A DNA stretch of 64,000 nt from Eledone cirrhosa. Taxonomy: Eukaryota. A program made the position numbers and the translations under genes. Position 1 is the first letter of the stretch. Each line of letters begins with the position of its first letter. Below, piece by piece: positions 27,039 to 40,854 of this stretch. The notes beneath the pieces were generated by a model. It saw only the letters and a list, made by a program, of their open reading frames with translations, searched no databases and was not told where the DNA came from. The stretch is taken from contig OZ024745.1 of assembly GCA_964016885.1 (NCBI GenBank), forward strand, positions 100,626,001 through 100,690,000, given 5' to 3'.

Positions 27039-27694
27039 CAGTGCATCTTCGCTTATCCGGATATCGCTTTTCCGAAATTCGATTTACCGGACGGCTATTT
27101 CTATACTACCTCCGGATGAGGAGGACTTGATTTCGGCAGACGGACAGATTCGGGCAGCATTTCTTCCGCGAACGTTACGTCACTTATTCAGCCAATGGAC
27201 CAGGGACTTTTGGAGACACTAAAGCGGATTTACAGAAAAACAATTGCTGCTGGATTTGATCGGAAAAGGGGACACGGGAATAATTCCATTTTTACGTGCG
27301 ATAAACATGAGGGAGGTGGTTGACCGTTCAGCTGTTGCGTGGAAATGGTAGCGGAACGACGAGCTTCTGCGCGAAAACAATTTTCTATTTATTCATTTTT
27401 ATAAAAGTACTAACTTTTTATGGTTTGACTCAATTCAGTTTTACCAAGTTTTTAGTTATTCTTATGTTTGTTTAATTAATTTTTTTATAAATTCTAGCTG
27501 TTCTTTTGTTATTCTAATAAACTTTCTTTACTTAGCATTTGTCTTTTATTTTGACTAAAAGAAGCCAAAACATTAGAAACCACGAGCATTATGTAACAAT
27601 GGGATTTTAGAATTCACTTATCCGGATATTTCACTTAACCGGATCTTTTTCTAACTGTTTGCTTTTGACCGTCCGGCTAAGCGAAGATTCACTG
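27039..27694. mobile_element. pogo/Tigger-type MITE
   Basis: TA|CAGTGCATCTTCGCTTATCCGGA ... TCCGGCTAAGCGAAGATTCACTG|TA, with subterminal repeats of cttatccgga. Confidence 0.88.
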
Positions 27695-27959
27695 TATATA
27701 TATATATAAAGGGATAAAATGAAACGAAATTTCATTTCCCACTCTTAGTACGACTGTTACTTAAATATAAGTATGTACACGTACATATATATATACAGAC
27801 AATAGCTAACGATAGCTAATAAGCTTGAAACTAGTACAGCGTTCTTTTGTCAGTTTTGAACAAACGAGCAACGATGGTTGCTAGACGCTACGGCTTAATA
27901 CGGGATGTTTGTTTGCAAACACACCGAGCATTATAACAAATGTTCGGTGAATCCATACG

Positions 27960-28047
27960 TACATATATATATGTGTGCATGTATGTATATATATATATAT
28001 ACATACTACTGTACGTCAGTATATATATATGTATGTACGTGTACATA

Positions 28048-28097
<50 letters not shown>

Positions 28098-28114
28098 CAT
28101 ACATACATATATAC

Positions 28115-28202
<88 letters not shown>

Positions 28203-28204
28203 GC

Positions 28205-28242
<38 letters not shown>

Positions 28243-28244
28243 GC

Positions 28245-28282
<38 letters not shown>

Positions 28283-28336
28283 GCATACATACATACACAC
28301 ACACATATATATATATATATATATGCATACATACAT

Positions 28337-28420
<84 letters not shown>
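27960..28420. repeat. (TA)n/(CATA)n compound microsatellite
   Basis: Seen directly. Confidence 0.95.
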
Positions 28421-28426
<6 letters not shown>

Positions 28427-29319
28427 CACGTAAATGTATTTATCGAGAGAGGGTGATGATGAACAGAGAACGAGATAAAAGGAAAAGAGAGAGAGAAAGA
28501 AGGAAATATATTTTAGTAAGTGGAAAGTAAAATCTGTTTCAATTATTTACAACTTTGTTTTTTCTGTTGCAGACGTACATAATACAATTGATTACATGGT
28601 AAAATGTTGTTTATGAATGGAAAAAAATTAATAAAGAAATTCAACGTGGTAGTGGCATAATAACGAATTATTAACTGTTTCGCATTGAACTATTTGTATT
28701 AAAATAAGAAATGGTAGCTTGTCGCCATTTAATATTCATCTGTAAATATGTTTATTAATTCATTTAATGTTCTATTTTATACTTTTATTTGCGTGTTCTT
28801 TCTTTCCCTTTCCTCTCTTTATATATTAAGAGACTTAATGTGTTTACGAGTCTGGGTATGCAGAGATGGATAAAAAATAAAGTAACGAAAATAATTTATA
28901 AAGACATCGCTGAGAAAAAAAATCTCCATCTTTGGTAGAATTCGTCGTCTTGAGTTATGGCAGGCAGTAGGATGAATTTCCTGTTTACATCGATATCACT
29001 ATGTTGATGGGATGAGGCCTAATTCAGTTACTGCTTTTACTATGAAGATGTTTGCGTGCTTGACTATCAGCACATATGATTTGGTTCACTGTCAACGTGT
29101 CTATGTACTTTATTTCTTTTGACTGTTCATTTGAACAATGTGTTTACTTTGATAAAAAGAAAACTATCATATTGATTTTGAGATCTAGCTGTTTTACCTC
29201 ATCTCATTGTACCCTCATTAATATATCATGCCTGAGGAAAATCACATAAAAGTAGGAGAGAGAAAAAAGGAGTGGTTTGGAGATGTTTACTTCAATTTGT
29301 TTCATTATTAAAGAAAAAA

Positions 29320-29495
29320 GGGCGGTGGATTGGCCGTATTGGTAGAGGGCCGGACGCCATGTTTTGCAGATTGGAATTACGCCCCTTTACGGGCGAGGTT
29401 AACTTTGCCTTTCATCCTTGAGGGGTTGATAAAATAAAGTACCAGTAATGCAATGGGATAATTGCTGGCATTGTGCCTAAAGTAGAAACAATTAT
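29320..29495 (+). mobile_element. Family-1 SINE with the B-box region deleted
   Basis: ggcggtggattggccgtattggtagaggg ... tttgcctttcatccttgaggggttgataaaataaagtaccag. Confidence 0.88.
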
Positions 29496-29723
29496 TAAAA
29501 CAAGGTGCTAATGATCCCCAATATGAGTTTTTCGAGTTAATCTAATCTTCTACTACAAAAATTGTAAAAAGTTAGTAGTCGGTGAAATAATGTAATAGCT
29601 AGCGACTTTGAAAACATTTCTGTTAAATATATGTAAAACGTGACAAGTTTCTAGACACTTTTAGAACGTCTCATCTGGGAAATATTTTATTCAGCAATGT
29701 ATAATGGGGTAGATTTCAAATAA

Positions 29724-29803
<80 letters not shown>

Positions 29804-30225
29804 GCGATTTGAAAAAGGCATACTTCACGAAATATAAAATCGGTTAGACAAAATAAAATGTACAAAAGAGGAAAGAGCCAGATATAGTATATAAACATTT
29901 ACATAAGATATGTAGAGGGGTTATCAATGTAAATGTGTAAATCAAATTTTATAGTAGTTAGTCAATACTTTTAGTGCATAAAGATGCACCACTTTCTTAG
30001 TTGAACTGAGATATTTCATGACAAATGAGTTGCATTTGCTCCAGTTCGGCCACAACCTGGCAGACCTTTGATCAAAATGTTTTAGCCATGGTTATCATGG
30101 TCATTCATTGTATAGTACATTATTGGCCATTTTCAAGACTGTTACCTGGGACTTGATGGAAATTTAATTGTTTCTATCAGGTACGCAGACGACATAAACG
30201 TTTCCACTTTGGCTTTTAGAGAGGA

Positions 30226-31350
30226 CTAGCAGTGTATCTCGGCGTTGCACGGGTAAGAACATTGGTAATAGCACCTCCAATGAGAAACGTTTATTTGTGA
30301 GTACTTGTTAAAATTTCACGAAAATATACCGACAGGAAACTTGTTTTATTTGGAGAAAATTAAGAAGTTGAAAGTACAGTTTAGCTGTCTACGTGCATTG
30401 TTCATAGAAATATTGTTGAGCCCCTTCTTTTCATACTCCTCTGTTTTTGGCCTATTGGAGTAAATGTGAAAGAGAAAGTCACAGGTTGAGTTGGCAGAAG
30501 GTTCCAGTGTCATAGCAGTAAGGCGTAGGCTACTTACCTCAAAAGTTCATTCGCACACTTTCTACTAAGTTACTCTTTCTCTCTATCCCTCTCGGTGCAG
30601 TCCCTTGTGAATTTCTCGCGTAGGCCTGGTGTAGATTTGCACCCGATCCATCTGCCCGATGCACATGTCCGCTTTGTACGGCTTTTGGAGCAAGGAGTGA
30701 CCAGCAGTACGTTGTTCGGTGTTATTACGAAAAGGTGTAGCAAAGAATCATGCGTGAACTAACAGCTTGGGAGGAAACTGCTTACCTCGAAGATTCCTTT
30801 GCCATCGTTCTTGTCAATGCTCCGTTTAATTGGTATTTGTTGGTCTACAGTTAGATGAATGGCGCACAAAGGGTTAACGTTTATTGGCAAGAAGTGCAAC
30901 TGGGCTGGCTTGCCTCGCTTATATTATATATTAAAATAACAGATTAAAGTTTAAGCAAAGAATCGCTGCTTTCACCCTTAACGGGATCTTCTGAAACTAA
31001 AAAAATCAATCTGTGAACGCAGAAGTAAATATTTCGAAAAACGTTGCAACCGAAGGAAAACAGGAAGACGATACTTTGGTTCGTGAAGGCGTTCCCTGGC
31101 AATGAACGGAAAATAGCGAACATAATACGTCATCAATGTTTGTCAGAATGTCATAATGCAGACAGCCAGGCATACAGACATATATTATAAGTGCGCGACG
31201 GAGATGGATAACCGGCGCCTAACACCTCTTTAGCAACAGAAAATTGAAAAATAAAAGCTGCAATTAATATCTTTAGACCGCAAGGAATATGTAAATGCAA
31301 GTTTGAATTCAATCGGAGTAGATATGTAAAATTGATTAGACTGAAGCACG
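30226..31350 (-). mobile_element. Non-autonomous Helitron-like element
   Basis: Minus-strand 3' end cccgtgcaacgccgag...ctgCTAG|T. Bases 30930-31330 are the reverse complement of 57545-57919. Confidence 0.75.
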
Positions 31351-32490
31351 GGTTCAACCACTGTAAATCGAGGTTTGTTTTTTTTTATAAGAAAAAGCTT
31401 CTAATACTATAAAGACATAGGTATCAGGTGATGATGTTAAACTGGGCTGCGATTTAGGACCAGTTATTCCTGTAATGATCATTGTAAAAACAGATATCAC
31501 AATACTCTTTTTAAAACGTTCTCTATAAATCGGAGGTTCTATGACAAATATTATTTGGTATTTTAAATAAAGTTCCAGCATTTGGCATACTGTTGAAATT
31601 CAAATAAACTGTGATAGTTAACTGTCATACGATAAGAGTAAAATATGCCGAATTTTAGTTAAACGTAAAAATACTAATCTATCTATCTCATTTGACTAAC
31701 TTTTTCTTATTCAATATCAAATGCAAGGGTTAAGGATGGCAGAGTTTGGAAAGTGTCGGAAAAATTGAATTGCAGAATCTATTTGTTGTTGTTACTTAGC
31801 TCTAGGTTAGTTTTTACATCAACTACTTGATATTTATTTCAACCATTATAGTATCTTTATGTGATTATCCTTTTTTTTTTAAAGATGGTAAGGTGTGATT
31901 TGAGAGAGAGATATGACTGTGAAGGCGTTTTTGTCGCCTTGAAATAAGCATTTTTTCCCCTCGTACAAAGTGGAAAATCTTTCATCATCTACAATAAAAA
32001 CAATGTGATGACTTTTGTAATTAGGTGTTGCTAGAATTAGCTGAACCTGCAAGTCACCCTCACCCCCACCCATCGCCTTAAACAAGGACGAACACATTAG
32101 ATGATATAGTCCTCGAAACCTATTGAATGGAATGCCGTTGATCATAAGTTTTCTCAATGAAATCTTTGAGCTACACAACAACACATCTCAGAACAGAATG
32201 CTAAATAAGGAAGATGTGATATTGAAATAAAAATTTATAAAAAAAAAGTATTCTTTTTGTTTACATTAAAATCTCAATATGAAATGAAACGAAACGTCAT
32301 TGTCTTCGGGGTGCTTTTTTTTAATGCAACTTTTCCATGAAGTTATCATTTACGTTTTACAAAAATACTATATTTCTGAATAATTTTCACGTCTTACCAA
32401 TTAGCATTGAATATTTTGTTTATTTACTAACATTTTGTTGCAAAAGATGAAAATATAAATGAAGAAAACATAGTTGATATCTGTCTAATT

Positions 32491-33052
32491 ATCGGTAGAG
32501 GGTCGGACGCCATGATTTCCAGCATAGTTATGTCCCTTTACGGTCTGAGTTCAAATCCCGTCGAGGTTAACTTTGCCTTTCATCCTTACGAGGTCGATAA
32601 AATAAAGTACCAGTAATGCACTGGGTAATTGCTGGCCTTGTGCCAAATGTAGTAACAATTAATTACGAATAGCGGTGGATTGGCAGTATCGGTAGAGGGT
32701 CGGACGCCATGCTTTGACGCAAATAGTTACCTCCCTTTACGATCTGAGTTCAAATCCCGCCGAGGTTAACTTTGCCTCTCATCCTCACGGGGTCGATAAA
32801 ATAAAGTACCAGTAATGTACTGGGTAATTGCTGGCCTTGTGCCAAAAGTAGAAACAATTAATTACGGCGGGAGGGCGGTGGATTGACAGTATCGGTGGAC
32901 CGTCGGACGCTATGCTTTACAGCATAGAGTTACGGCCTTTTACGGTCTGAGTTCATATCCCGCCGAGGTTAGCTTTGCCTTTCATCGTTACGGGGTCGAT
33001 AAAATAAAGTACCAGTAATGCACTGTTGGCCTTGTGCCTAAATCAGAAACCA
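32491..33052 (+). mobile_element. Three tandem family-1 SINEs
   Basis: Units at about 32491-32660, 32672-32860 and 32873-33052, each with a B box and the core. Confidence 0.93.
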
Positions 33053-33274
33053 ATATTAATTATGACAGTGATGGATTGGCAGAACTGGTAAAACCAAGAA
33101 TGAAAATATGTGCAGCGAAGACAGACCCTCGTCATCTCAAGGAAACCTACACAGTGCACTCTACATGTGAGTGGAGTTCCACTGAAACAGGTGGAAAATT
33201 TCAGATATATCGGTGGTGGGAACATTTTCACGAGTGCTGAAAGGCAGGAGGCTAAATGAAGTGCAGTTACAATA

Positions 33275-33661
33275 ATTGTTTCTACTTTAACACAAGGCCA
33301 GCAATTACCTAGTGTATTACTGGTACCTATCGACCCTGAAAGGATGAAAGGCAAAGTTAACCTCGGCGTGATTTGAACTCGGAGCGTAAAGGGCCGTAAC
33401 TCTATGCTGCAAAGCATGGCATCCGATCTATACCGATACTGCCAATCCGTGGAAGCTATATAGGCACAAGGCCAGCAATTTTGGTGGAGGGGAAAGTCGA
33501 TTAAATCGACCCCAGTGCGTGACTGGTACTTTATTTTATCGAGCCCCGTAAGGATGAAAGGCAAAGTTAACCTCGGCGGGATTTGAACTCAGAACGTAAA
33601 GGGACTTAACTATGCTGGAAAGCATGGCGTCCGACCCTCTACCGATACTGCCAATCCACCG
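33275..33661 (-). mobile_element. Two tandem family-1 SINEs, inverted relative to the upstream trio
   Basis: Reverse-complement units at about 33275-33450 and 33460-33661. Confidence 0.92.
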
Positions 33662-33899
33662 TGCAGCTATAATAATAAGAGCCAAACTTGCTGTCTTCAA
33701 TTCAATTCGGTATGCGTGTCAACCCTTACATATGAAACAATACGAGTTTGGATTTCGCTTTCATGGAATGAGAACGGAAAATTCAGGACCTAACTAATGT
33801 TGGTAAACATCTGATTTCAAACTCATCAACTAGGTCACACCAATATGCCTGAATGCAAATGAGGAGCCTACATTTGAAGCAAGATAAACACGACAAGAG

Positions 33900-33969
<70 letters not shown>

Positions 33970-34111
33970 ATGTATGTATGTATGTATGTATGTATATAAA
34001 CAGGAATCTTTACCCATTTATGTTACTTTTCGAAATTGTTCTGAGAATAAGATTATTTTTGATATAAGTAGCCTGAATATAAAACCCCTACTGTGTGTGT
34101 GTGTTTGTGTG

Positions 34112-34166
<55 letters not shown>

Positions 34167-34416
34167 ATGACGCATATAGTGGAAAATCAGTCAGTCCATT
34201 AGCAAATCTCAAAGGTTTCCAACGAGTTCATTTTCTAATTTTGCAAGTTTGTTGACGCCTCGGGTGTAAAAGTATTAGATATTATATTGTTGAATAATAT
34301 GGAAATAACATTAATATAGCAGAATATTACCCTCTATTTATGGATTTAAGAGTTTCAAGAAATAGCTTTGTTTGTCAAAATATTAATGGATATATATGTA
34401 GTATGTATAAATATGC

Positions 34417-34476
<60 letters not shown>

Positions 34477-34579
34477 TATATATGTATATATATATATACT
34501 TACATATATATATATACATATATATATGTACATATATATGTATATATATATACATACATATATATATATACATATATAT

Positions 34580-34618
<39 letters not shown>

Positions 34619-34637
34619 CATACATATATATATATAC

Positions 34638-34671
<34 letters not shown>

Positions 34672-34861
34672 ATGTGTGTGTGTGTGTGTGTGGAGGGAGG
34701 TGTATTTGCTAACGTTTGAATTTCTGAACTGGAATGTGTATATTTTATTAGAATCAGATTTTGGCGAATAATCATTCACTTTTCCGACTCGTGAATTAAT
34801 GTTAAGTGGTTGACTATACCACAATTCTCTATTAACATTATTTCTTAGACAATAGACAATT

Positions 34862-35048
34862 CTGGTGGATTGGCAGTATCGGTAGAGGGTCAGACGCCAT
34901 GCTTTCCAGCATAGTTACGTCCCTTTACGATATGTGTTCAAATACCGCCGAGGTTGACTTTGCCTTTCATCCTTACGGGGTCGATAAAATAAAATACCAG
35001 TAATGCACTGGATAATTGCTGGCCTTGTGCCTAACGTAGAAACAATTA
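34862..35048 (+). mobile_element. Family-1 SINE with TSD
   Basis: TSD ATTATTTCTTAGACAATA at 34837-34854 and 35045-35062. Confidence 0.92.
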
Positions 35049-35337
35049 TTTCTTAGACAATATCACTGAGATAAATGTGGCACAATGCTCATTTATGGAA
35101 TTACAGTGTCTGCCTACCCAATTTCGCTAACAAAGTCAATCACCCAAGATTCCATGCAATGCGAAAAACTAGGGGTCTCATGTGTAAATCCAATTTTTTA
35201 ACCACTCAGCTACCTCACGAACTTAGTTCGTTCCTGAACCCCGTTGTCATTCATCCGAAATATTCATCCGAAATATTCATCCGAAATATTCGTAAACCGA
35301 ATCTATTTTTTCCCATGCGAAATGTTGAGAGAGAAAT

Positions 35338-35522
35338 AATTGTTTCTACTTTTTGGCACAAGGCCAGCAATCAGCCAGTACATTACTGGTACTTTATTTT
35401 ATCGACCCCGTAAGGATGAAAGGCAAAGTTAACCTTGGCGGGATTTGAACTGAGAATGGAAAGGACCGTAACTCTATGTGTCAAAGCATGGCGTCCTACC
35501 CTCTACTGATACTGCCAATCCA
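35338..35522 (-). mobile_element. Family-1 SINE
   Basis: Full reverse-complement copy about 290 bp from the plus-strand copy. Confidence 0.9.
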
Positions 35523-35599
35523 TAATGAGAGAGAGAGAGAGAGAGAGAGACTGTGAGTGAAAGACAGATAGATATCATTATAATAACTAACTACACAGT

Positions 35600-35770
35600 A
35601 AGTGACGCTTTCCTGTCGATACTCCATGCTTGTCGTCAACTGTTGTTGCCGGCTTGCTTGTTCGTTACTTAAGACACCGTTCGTGAACCGAGTCGTTTTA
35701 TGTTTTGGAAAAGGTGTTCCTAAACCGATTTATTCCTGTTTCGAGGCGTTCGTAAGCCGAGGTTCCACTG
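35600..35770. mobile_element. Partial Tigger/pogo-type MITE (right end)
   Basis: Ends GTTCGTAAGCCGAGGTTCCACTG|TA, with the subterminal repeat gttcgtgaaccgag. Confidence 0.65.
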
Positions 35771-37607
35771 TATCTGGTAGATCTCTTCACTTTGAAAACA
35801 GTATAGTATAATTTAAGGGAAATTTGACTGCTATTTCCAGCAGCGTCTTTGTTGGCTCGCTTTATAATAGGTAATATATGATTGTGATTTAATTATATTT
35901 TCGGAGATCGTAAAAAAATAAATCAAAATAACAGTAAAGTTTCAATAATTTAAAGAAAGCATATATATTTGTTTTAAAGGTAACCAGAGGATGTGTACGT
36001 GTATATAGGAGAAAGGGAAAGAAAATACAACAGGGTATAAAAGTAGGTGTAATAAATCAACAACTACATATTAAAAAATACTAGTAACATTACCGATAAT
36101 GAGTTGAAGGAAAAAGGGGATGAGATGCGAACAGCCTAAAACAATGTAGAAACAAACAAGCAAACAAAAAAATACAGAGAAAAAAGATGAAAGGAAGAAA
36201 GAACGAATTAAAAAAAAAAGCGAAAGAAAGGAGAGAGACAAAAAGCAAACCAAGAACTAAATTAAATTCTGAAATTGAGAATTAAAATAAATAATAAAAA
36301 ATCCGAATGAAATGAACATAACAAAAGTAAAAGATGTTTCAACTATTTTTAGCACATGAATTTGAGAAGTAATTTCTCAAGGAGAGAATATCTGTTTCAT
36401 ACAAACAACTTTGGACATGCTACGGCTCACTGTTTGAAGAGATAAGAATTGTTTACCATTTATTGAAAAGAAGCAATGCGATAGCTTTTTTCTTTTATTT
36501 TGTTTTAGGTTGTTCTTTCTTTCCCAAGCGCTATCTATTTATTTTATATTTTTTTCCTCTTAATCCCACGTGTTCGTTTTTCTTCCCCACTCCCACTTTC
36601 GACTGTTCTTTACACTTTTACTCTATTTGGTCTTAATTATTTTTTAAGAATTATTTAATTTTTTTTTAAATTCTATTTCAAGTTTACTGCTCTCGCTATT
36701 GCAACTGGTTTGTGGTTTGATTATTGAAGTATCTGATATCATACATAGACCACATGACTGCAGCTGTGTTGTCGGTTGAGCGGCTAGTGTCAAATGTCAA
36801 GCATCCATGACATGCTTGAAGAAAATTCGTATCAATGAGTACAATACTTAAAGAATGCAAAAATGTTTGCGATTTCCAGTGATGAATTGTTCAGAAAAAC
36901 GGCGAAATATCTCAGAATATCTGAGAAAATGTTTAAGTATCTAAGACACGTGCTCTGAAAATTTACAGGGGTGAGTGAAATGGGATATTGTGATGTTTAT
37001 TCTTGAAACATGTACCTAAGTTCGTAGATAATACAACTTTTCCATTCGTATCTTTTTATTTATTTATAAAGATTGCTCGAGTAACATGTGAAAAGATTTA
37101 TCTAATAGTTGTAAATATCGGTAAAATTTGGTTTTATATTTCCATGGAAGAACAGAGTCAGAACGTGCTGAATACGTTTATGCATTAGACTGAAAGCCAA
37201 AAGGAAATAATTAGTTTCAAACAAAATACCTTCTTTGGTTGTTGAATAAAATATTGATGTTGAAAATGTGAAAGATTAGTGATAAGATACATTGGAGTAA
37301 AAACAAGACACTCTATAAAAAACCGGTCTCCTAGTAAGACGGCACTATAAATTAATGATGATTTTAATGTAATCATTAGTAGAATCATCCATCATGCTAG
37401 TGTTAAATGGTTGGTAAATTCTCTGTGAGATAAATGAACTTGATTTAAGGTATATGGTTATAAGAATATGCATTTGCATATCTGTGAGTGCATGCTTGAG
37501 AGAGGGCTGCAGAAAAAAGATAGAGAGAATGCTTGAATAAATAACTTGTTGGTCTCTTGGAAGATGGTCAACAACAACATATTTTTCTACAGATAAAGTA
37601 AACGTTT

Positions 37608-37710
37608 TTTCTTCTTCTTCCACTTATCCCTGAGAGGGTCGCTGGGACAGAATTCTCAAATTCTCCTTCCAGCGGGTCTTGTCAGAAGCAACCTTCTCCA
37701 CGAAGGAAAT
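37608..37710 (-). mobile_element. RTE 3'-end stub
   Basis: GTTGCTTCTGACAAG..CGCTGGAAGGAG..CCCTCTCAGGGATAAGTGG aligns to 1065-1150 (-) and has a (GAA)n tail. Confidence 0.7.
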
Positions 37711-38826
37711 TCCTTCTAAAAATGAATGGAAAATACAAACTTGATGAAAGTATAATTGCTTCCGAGTCATATTTTGGATGTATGACACGGAAAGAAATCT
37801 GTCAAATAGATCGAAATTTTTGAAATGCAAGAAATTGTGAAACATTGGGATTAACAGTTAAAGAAGTGTAGTGAAATTCATGTTTAAATTAAACTAGAAA
37901 AGGCTAATTATTGGTAAAGTACAAATAAGTGGTTCGTGGTGCATTTGGTTCGGATCTATTGGAATTAGAACAAGATGAGAATATAACTCAAAGTGATATT
38001 TGACTAATGGGAAAAATGACAGCTGTTACACTTGTATCAGCAATCTGCTGAAAGACAAAATGATGAACAAAGCACAGGAAGAAGGGAAAATGTGGGAGTT
38101 ACATACATTTTTTAGAGTGTGAATACTCGAATATTCACTGGTATAATATTGGGACTATTGGATCAAAGTCGTTCAAAAGTTACAATAGTTATTTTCAGTG
38201 GACAGAAGGAGAAAACTTCATGCTGGACATTATATATGTTTTCACAAAGAGGGTTGGGATAGAAAGAGAGAGAGAAGGAGAGAGAGAGTGGTGAGAGAAA
38301 GGGTGTGGGATAGAGAGGGAGGTATTGGGGATAAAGAAAGAGAGAGGGTGTGGGATAGAGAGCTAGGGTTAGGGATAGAGAAAGAGAGGAGGGTGAGGAG
38401 TGAAGGTGGGTAGGGGAAAGAGAAGGTTGGTGAGGCGAGAGAGGGGAGTGGGGGAAGAATAGTCTCAGTAAAACATTTCAAACATATATAGCATCCAGCT
38501 TGTTTTTAATTTACATGTATCTCATGCTATGACGCATTAAATGTATCATATGGTACAATGTACCTCATGTGTCATACGCTGTGGGGAACCAAATAATATT
38601 TGGATGATAGAAAAGCATTATTAGACGAGTCAGTTTCTTACTTTTTATTTCCTTAATATACCATGAATATATGTTATCTTATGTCCTACGAAAAAGAAGA
38701 AAAAAATCTGTAGAATTCCCTCCGATCATTTAAATTTTTATGGATGCTAAAAATCTCAATAGAAGAGCTTTTTACTCAAATTGTTTCCTATTTCTGAAGA
38801 GTTTATTTTATATATATATATATATG

Positions 38827-38891
<65 letters not shown>

Positions 38892-38892
38892 A

Positions 38893-39080
38893 AATGGCTT
38901 CTACAGGACTAGAAGTATTTCATTCGGGAGAAATCATCAGGAAGCGCTGATGATTTTTCCCGAATGAAACAGTTCTATTCCTGTAGAAGCCATTCTATAT
39001 TTAAAATGTATACTTTCCTATGTGTTGAGTACCTTACCTACTGTGGTTACACCAGATTGAACCCGGGATAAACTTATATT
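38893..39080. mobile_element. Fold-back palindrome (48-bp arms) with hammerhead-like core and one-sided tail
   Basis: Arms 38893-38940 and 38947-38994. The right arm reads CTGATGA-tttttcccgaat-GAAAC. Flanked by (TA)n on both sides. Confidence 0.75.
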
Positions 39081-39901
39081 TATATATAGATATATATATA
39101 TATATATGTGTGTGTGTCTGTGTGTCTGCTTGTGTATGTGATTATGCATGTATGCAAATTTGCAGTCATTAGAGCGTCAGTTAGAATGCATTGCGGTATT
39201 TCGAAATCCCTCTGCCCAGAACTTTGCTTGCATAATGACATCTCCCTTTCCATCCGAAGCAATTCCTATATATTATCAAAAACTGAGTGGACTAATCTAA
39301 TAATGATATGAAATTTTCTCGAATATAGATATGATTTTTTTAAAGTTAATAAGATTGGGATAATACTTACAGTTGTAGCTTTTGCAACATCTGCAATTTG
39401 TTCAATATTCTTGTCTAACAGTAATCTAATTACATTTACCACAAATCTACGCTCACACGGTTTTACTTCGTATATATGTTTTGCCCTATTCTGCTCACAA
39501 CTTTAATCTTATTTAGTACTGTGTCTCAACATTACATAATATACGGCTGTAGTTTAACTCGTAATGAGTGTTCTGAATGAAATATTTTCCCGTCGGTTCT
39601 TTAACGTTTAGATTTGTCATATCCCCCTTGCTAATTTCCATATGCATTAAAAAAGCACACAAAAAAACACACAAAAAACAAACACTGAATTGATTGCAGA
39701 TGACCTTTGATGTCTTCAGAATAATTCTATTTGAAAACACATTTTTTTAAGTGAATGCACCGAAACGTATGCTTTTTCCTTTGGAGATAGCAATTATTGG
39801 CAACAAGCTGAAAATATACATCGTCTGTATCAGATTCCAGAAAAAAAGTATAATCAGAGCAATGTTAACTCACATCAATAGTGCACTATTTTCTGTTGTT
39901 T

Positions 39902-39984
<83 letters not shown>

Positions 39985-39985
39985 A

Positions 39986-40031
<46 letters not shown>

Positions 40032-40223
40032 TATATATCTATATCTATCTATCTATATATATATATAGAAATAAATATACACGGGTGTGTATGATTGTGT
40101 ATAGAAGATTATATTAATAAAAGGAATTCCAACTTTGTCTGATTTACTCGTTTTATTTACAATCCTTTAAAATTATAATGATATTATAATGAAATAGTAT
40201 GGTAGAATATTAAATGTTAATTT

Positions 40224-40260
40224 AACAAGTACTTTCATGCTTTCGCAATCTTCAGGTTCA
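40224..40260 (-). ncRNA. Minimal hammerhead motif in the Penelope 3' pseudo-LTR
   Basis: Minus strand reads gaac-CTGAAGA-t-TGC-GAAA-GCA-t-GAAA-GTAC-T-T-gtt, with palindromic stem III AGTACT. Confidence 0.75.
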
Positions 40261-40563
40261 TATTCAGTGGTGACATTCAAGTTTAAAATCTGAGCCTTAT
40301 ATACAGTAAAAAGGGGCTACAGAATACTAAGTTTTGCAAACTGTATTTCGACCAATCGGTGTGTGATTTCACTAGATTACTAAAGCTGATTGGTTTAGGC
40401 GATAAAATAAAGTACCCGTAATGTACTGGATAATTGCTGGTCTTGTGCCAAAAGTAGAAACAATTATTATTATTGTTGTTGTTGTTGTTGTTGTTGTTGT
40501 TAGTGGTAGTAGTCGACTTGGTCGTAGGCGTAGTCATAGTAGGAGTAATACCCCTAAGCATTA

Positions 40564-40854
40564 TTATTGTTCATTTAGCTTGGGTTGGAATTTATCAATA
40601 AAATTCTTTTCTTTAATTTTTCTCTTGATTTCACTTGGGCTGTGTAATTTGTAGAATGGAATTATTATAAATATTTTCTGACCACATGTTGCTAGATGGT
40701 TACTCAGGTGTATCTGACGGACATTTGGGTCTCTGATTTGCTGTCGGTGCACGCGTACACGTTCCGATAGTGCATTTCCAGTTTGACCGACATATAGTTC
40801 TTCACAATTCGGGCATTTAATGCAGTAAATTAGATTTCTGCTTTTGCCATTCAT
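40564..40854 (-). pseudogene. GIY-YIG endonuclease domain of the Penelope-like element
   Basis: LIYCIKC..YVGQT..R..H..E..FI...P.LN pattern. Confidence 0.9.

Noticed and set aside
37624-37845. Apparent terminal exon on the minus strand (EGISFVEKVASDKTRW...)
   Set aside because: It aligns to the RTE 3' end seen at about 1.1 kb and 26.9 kb.
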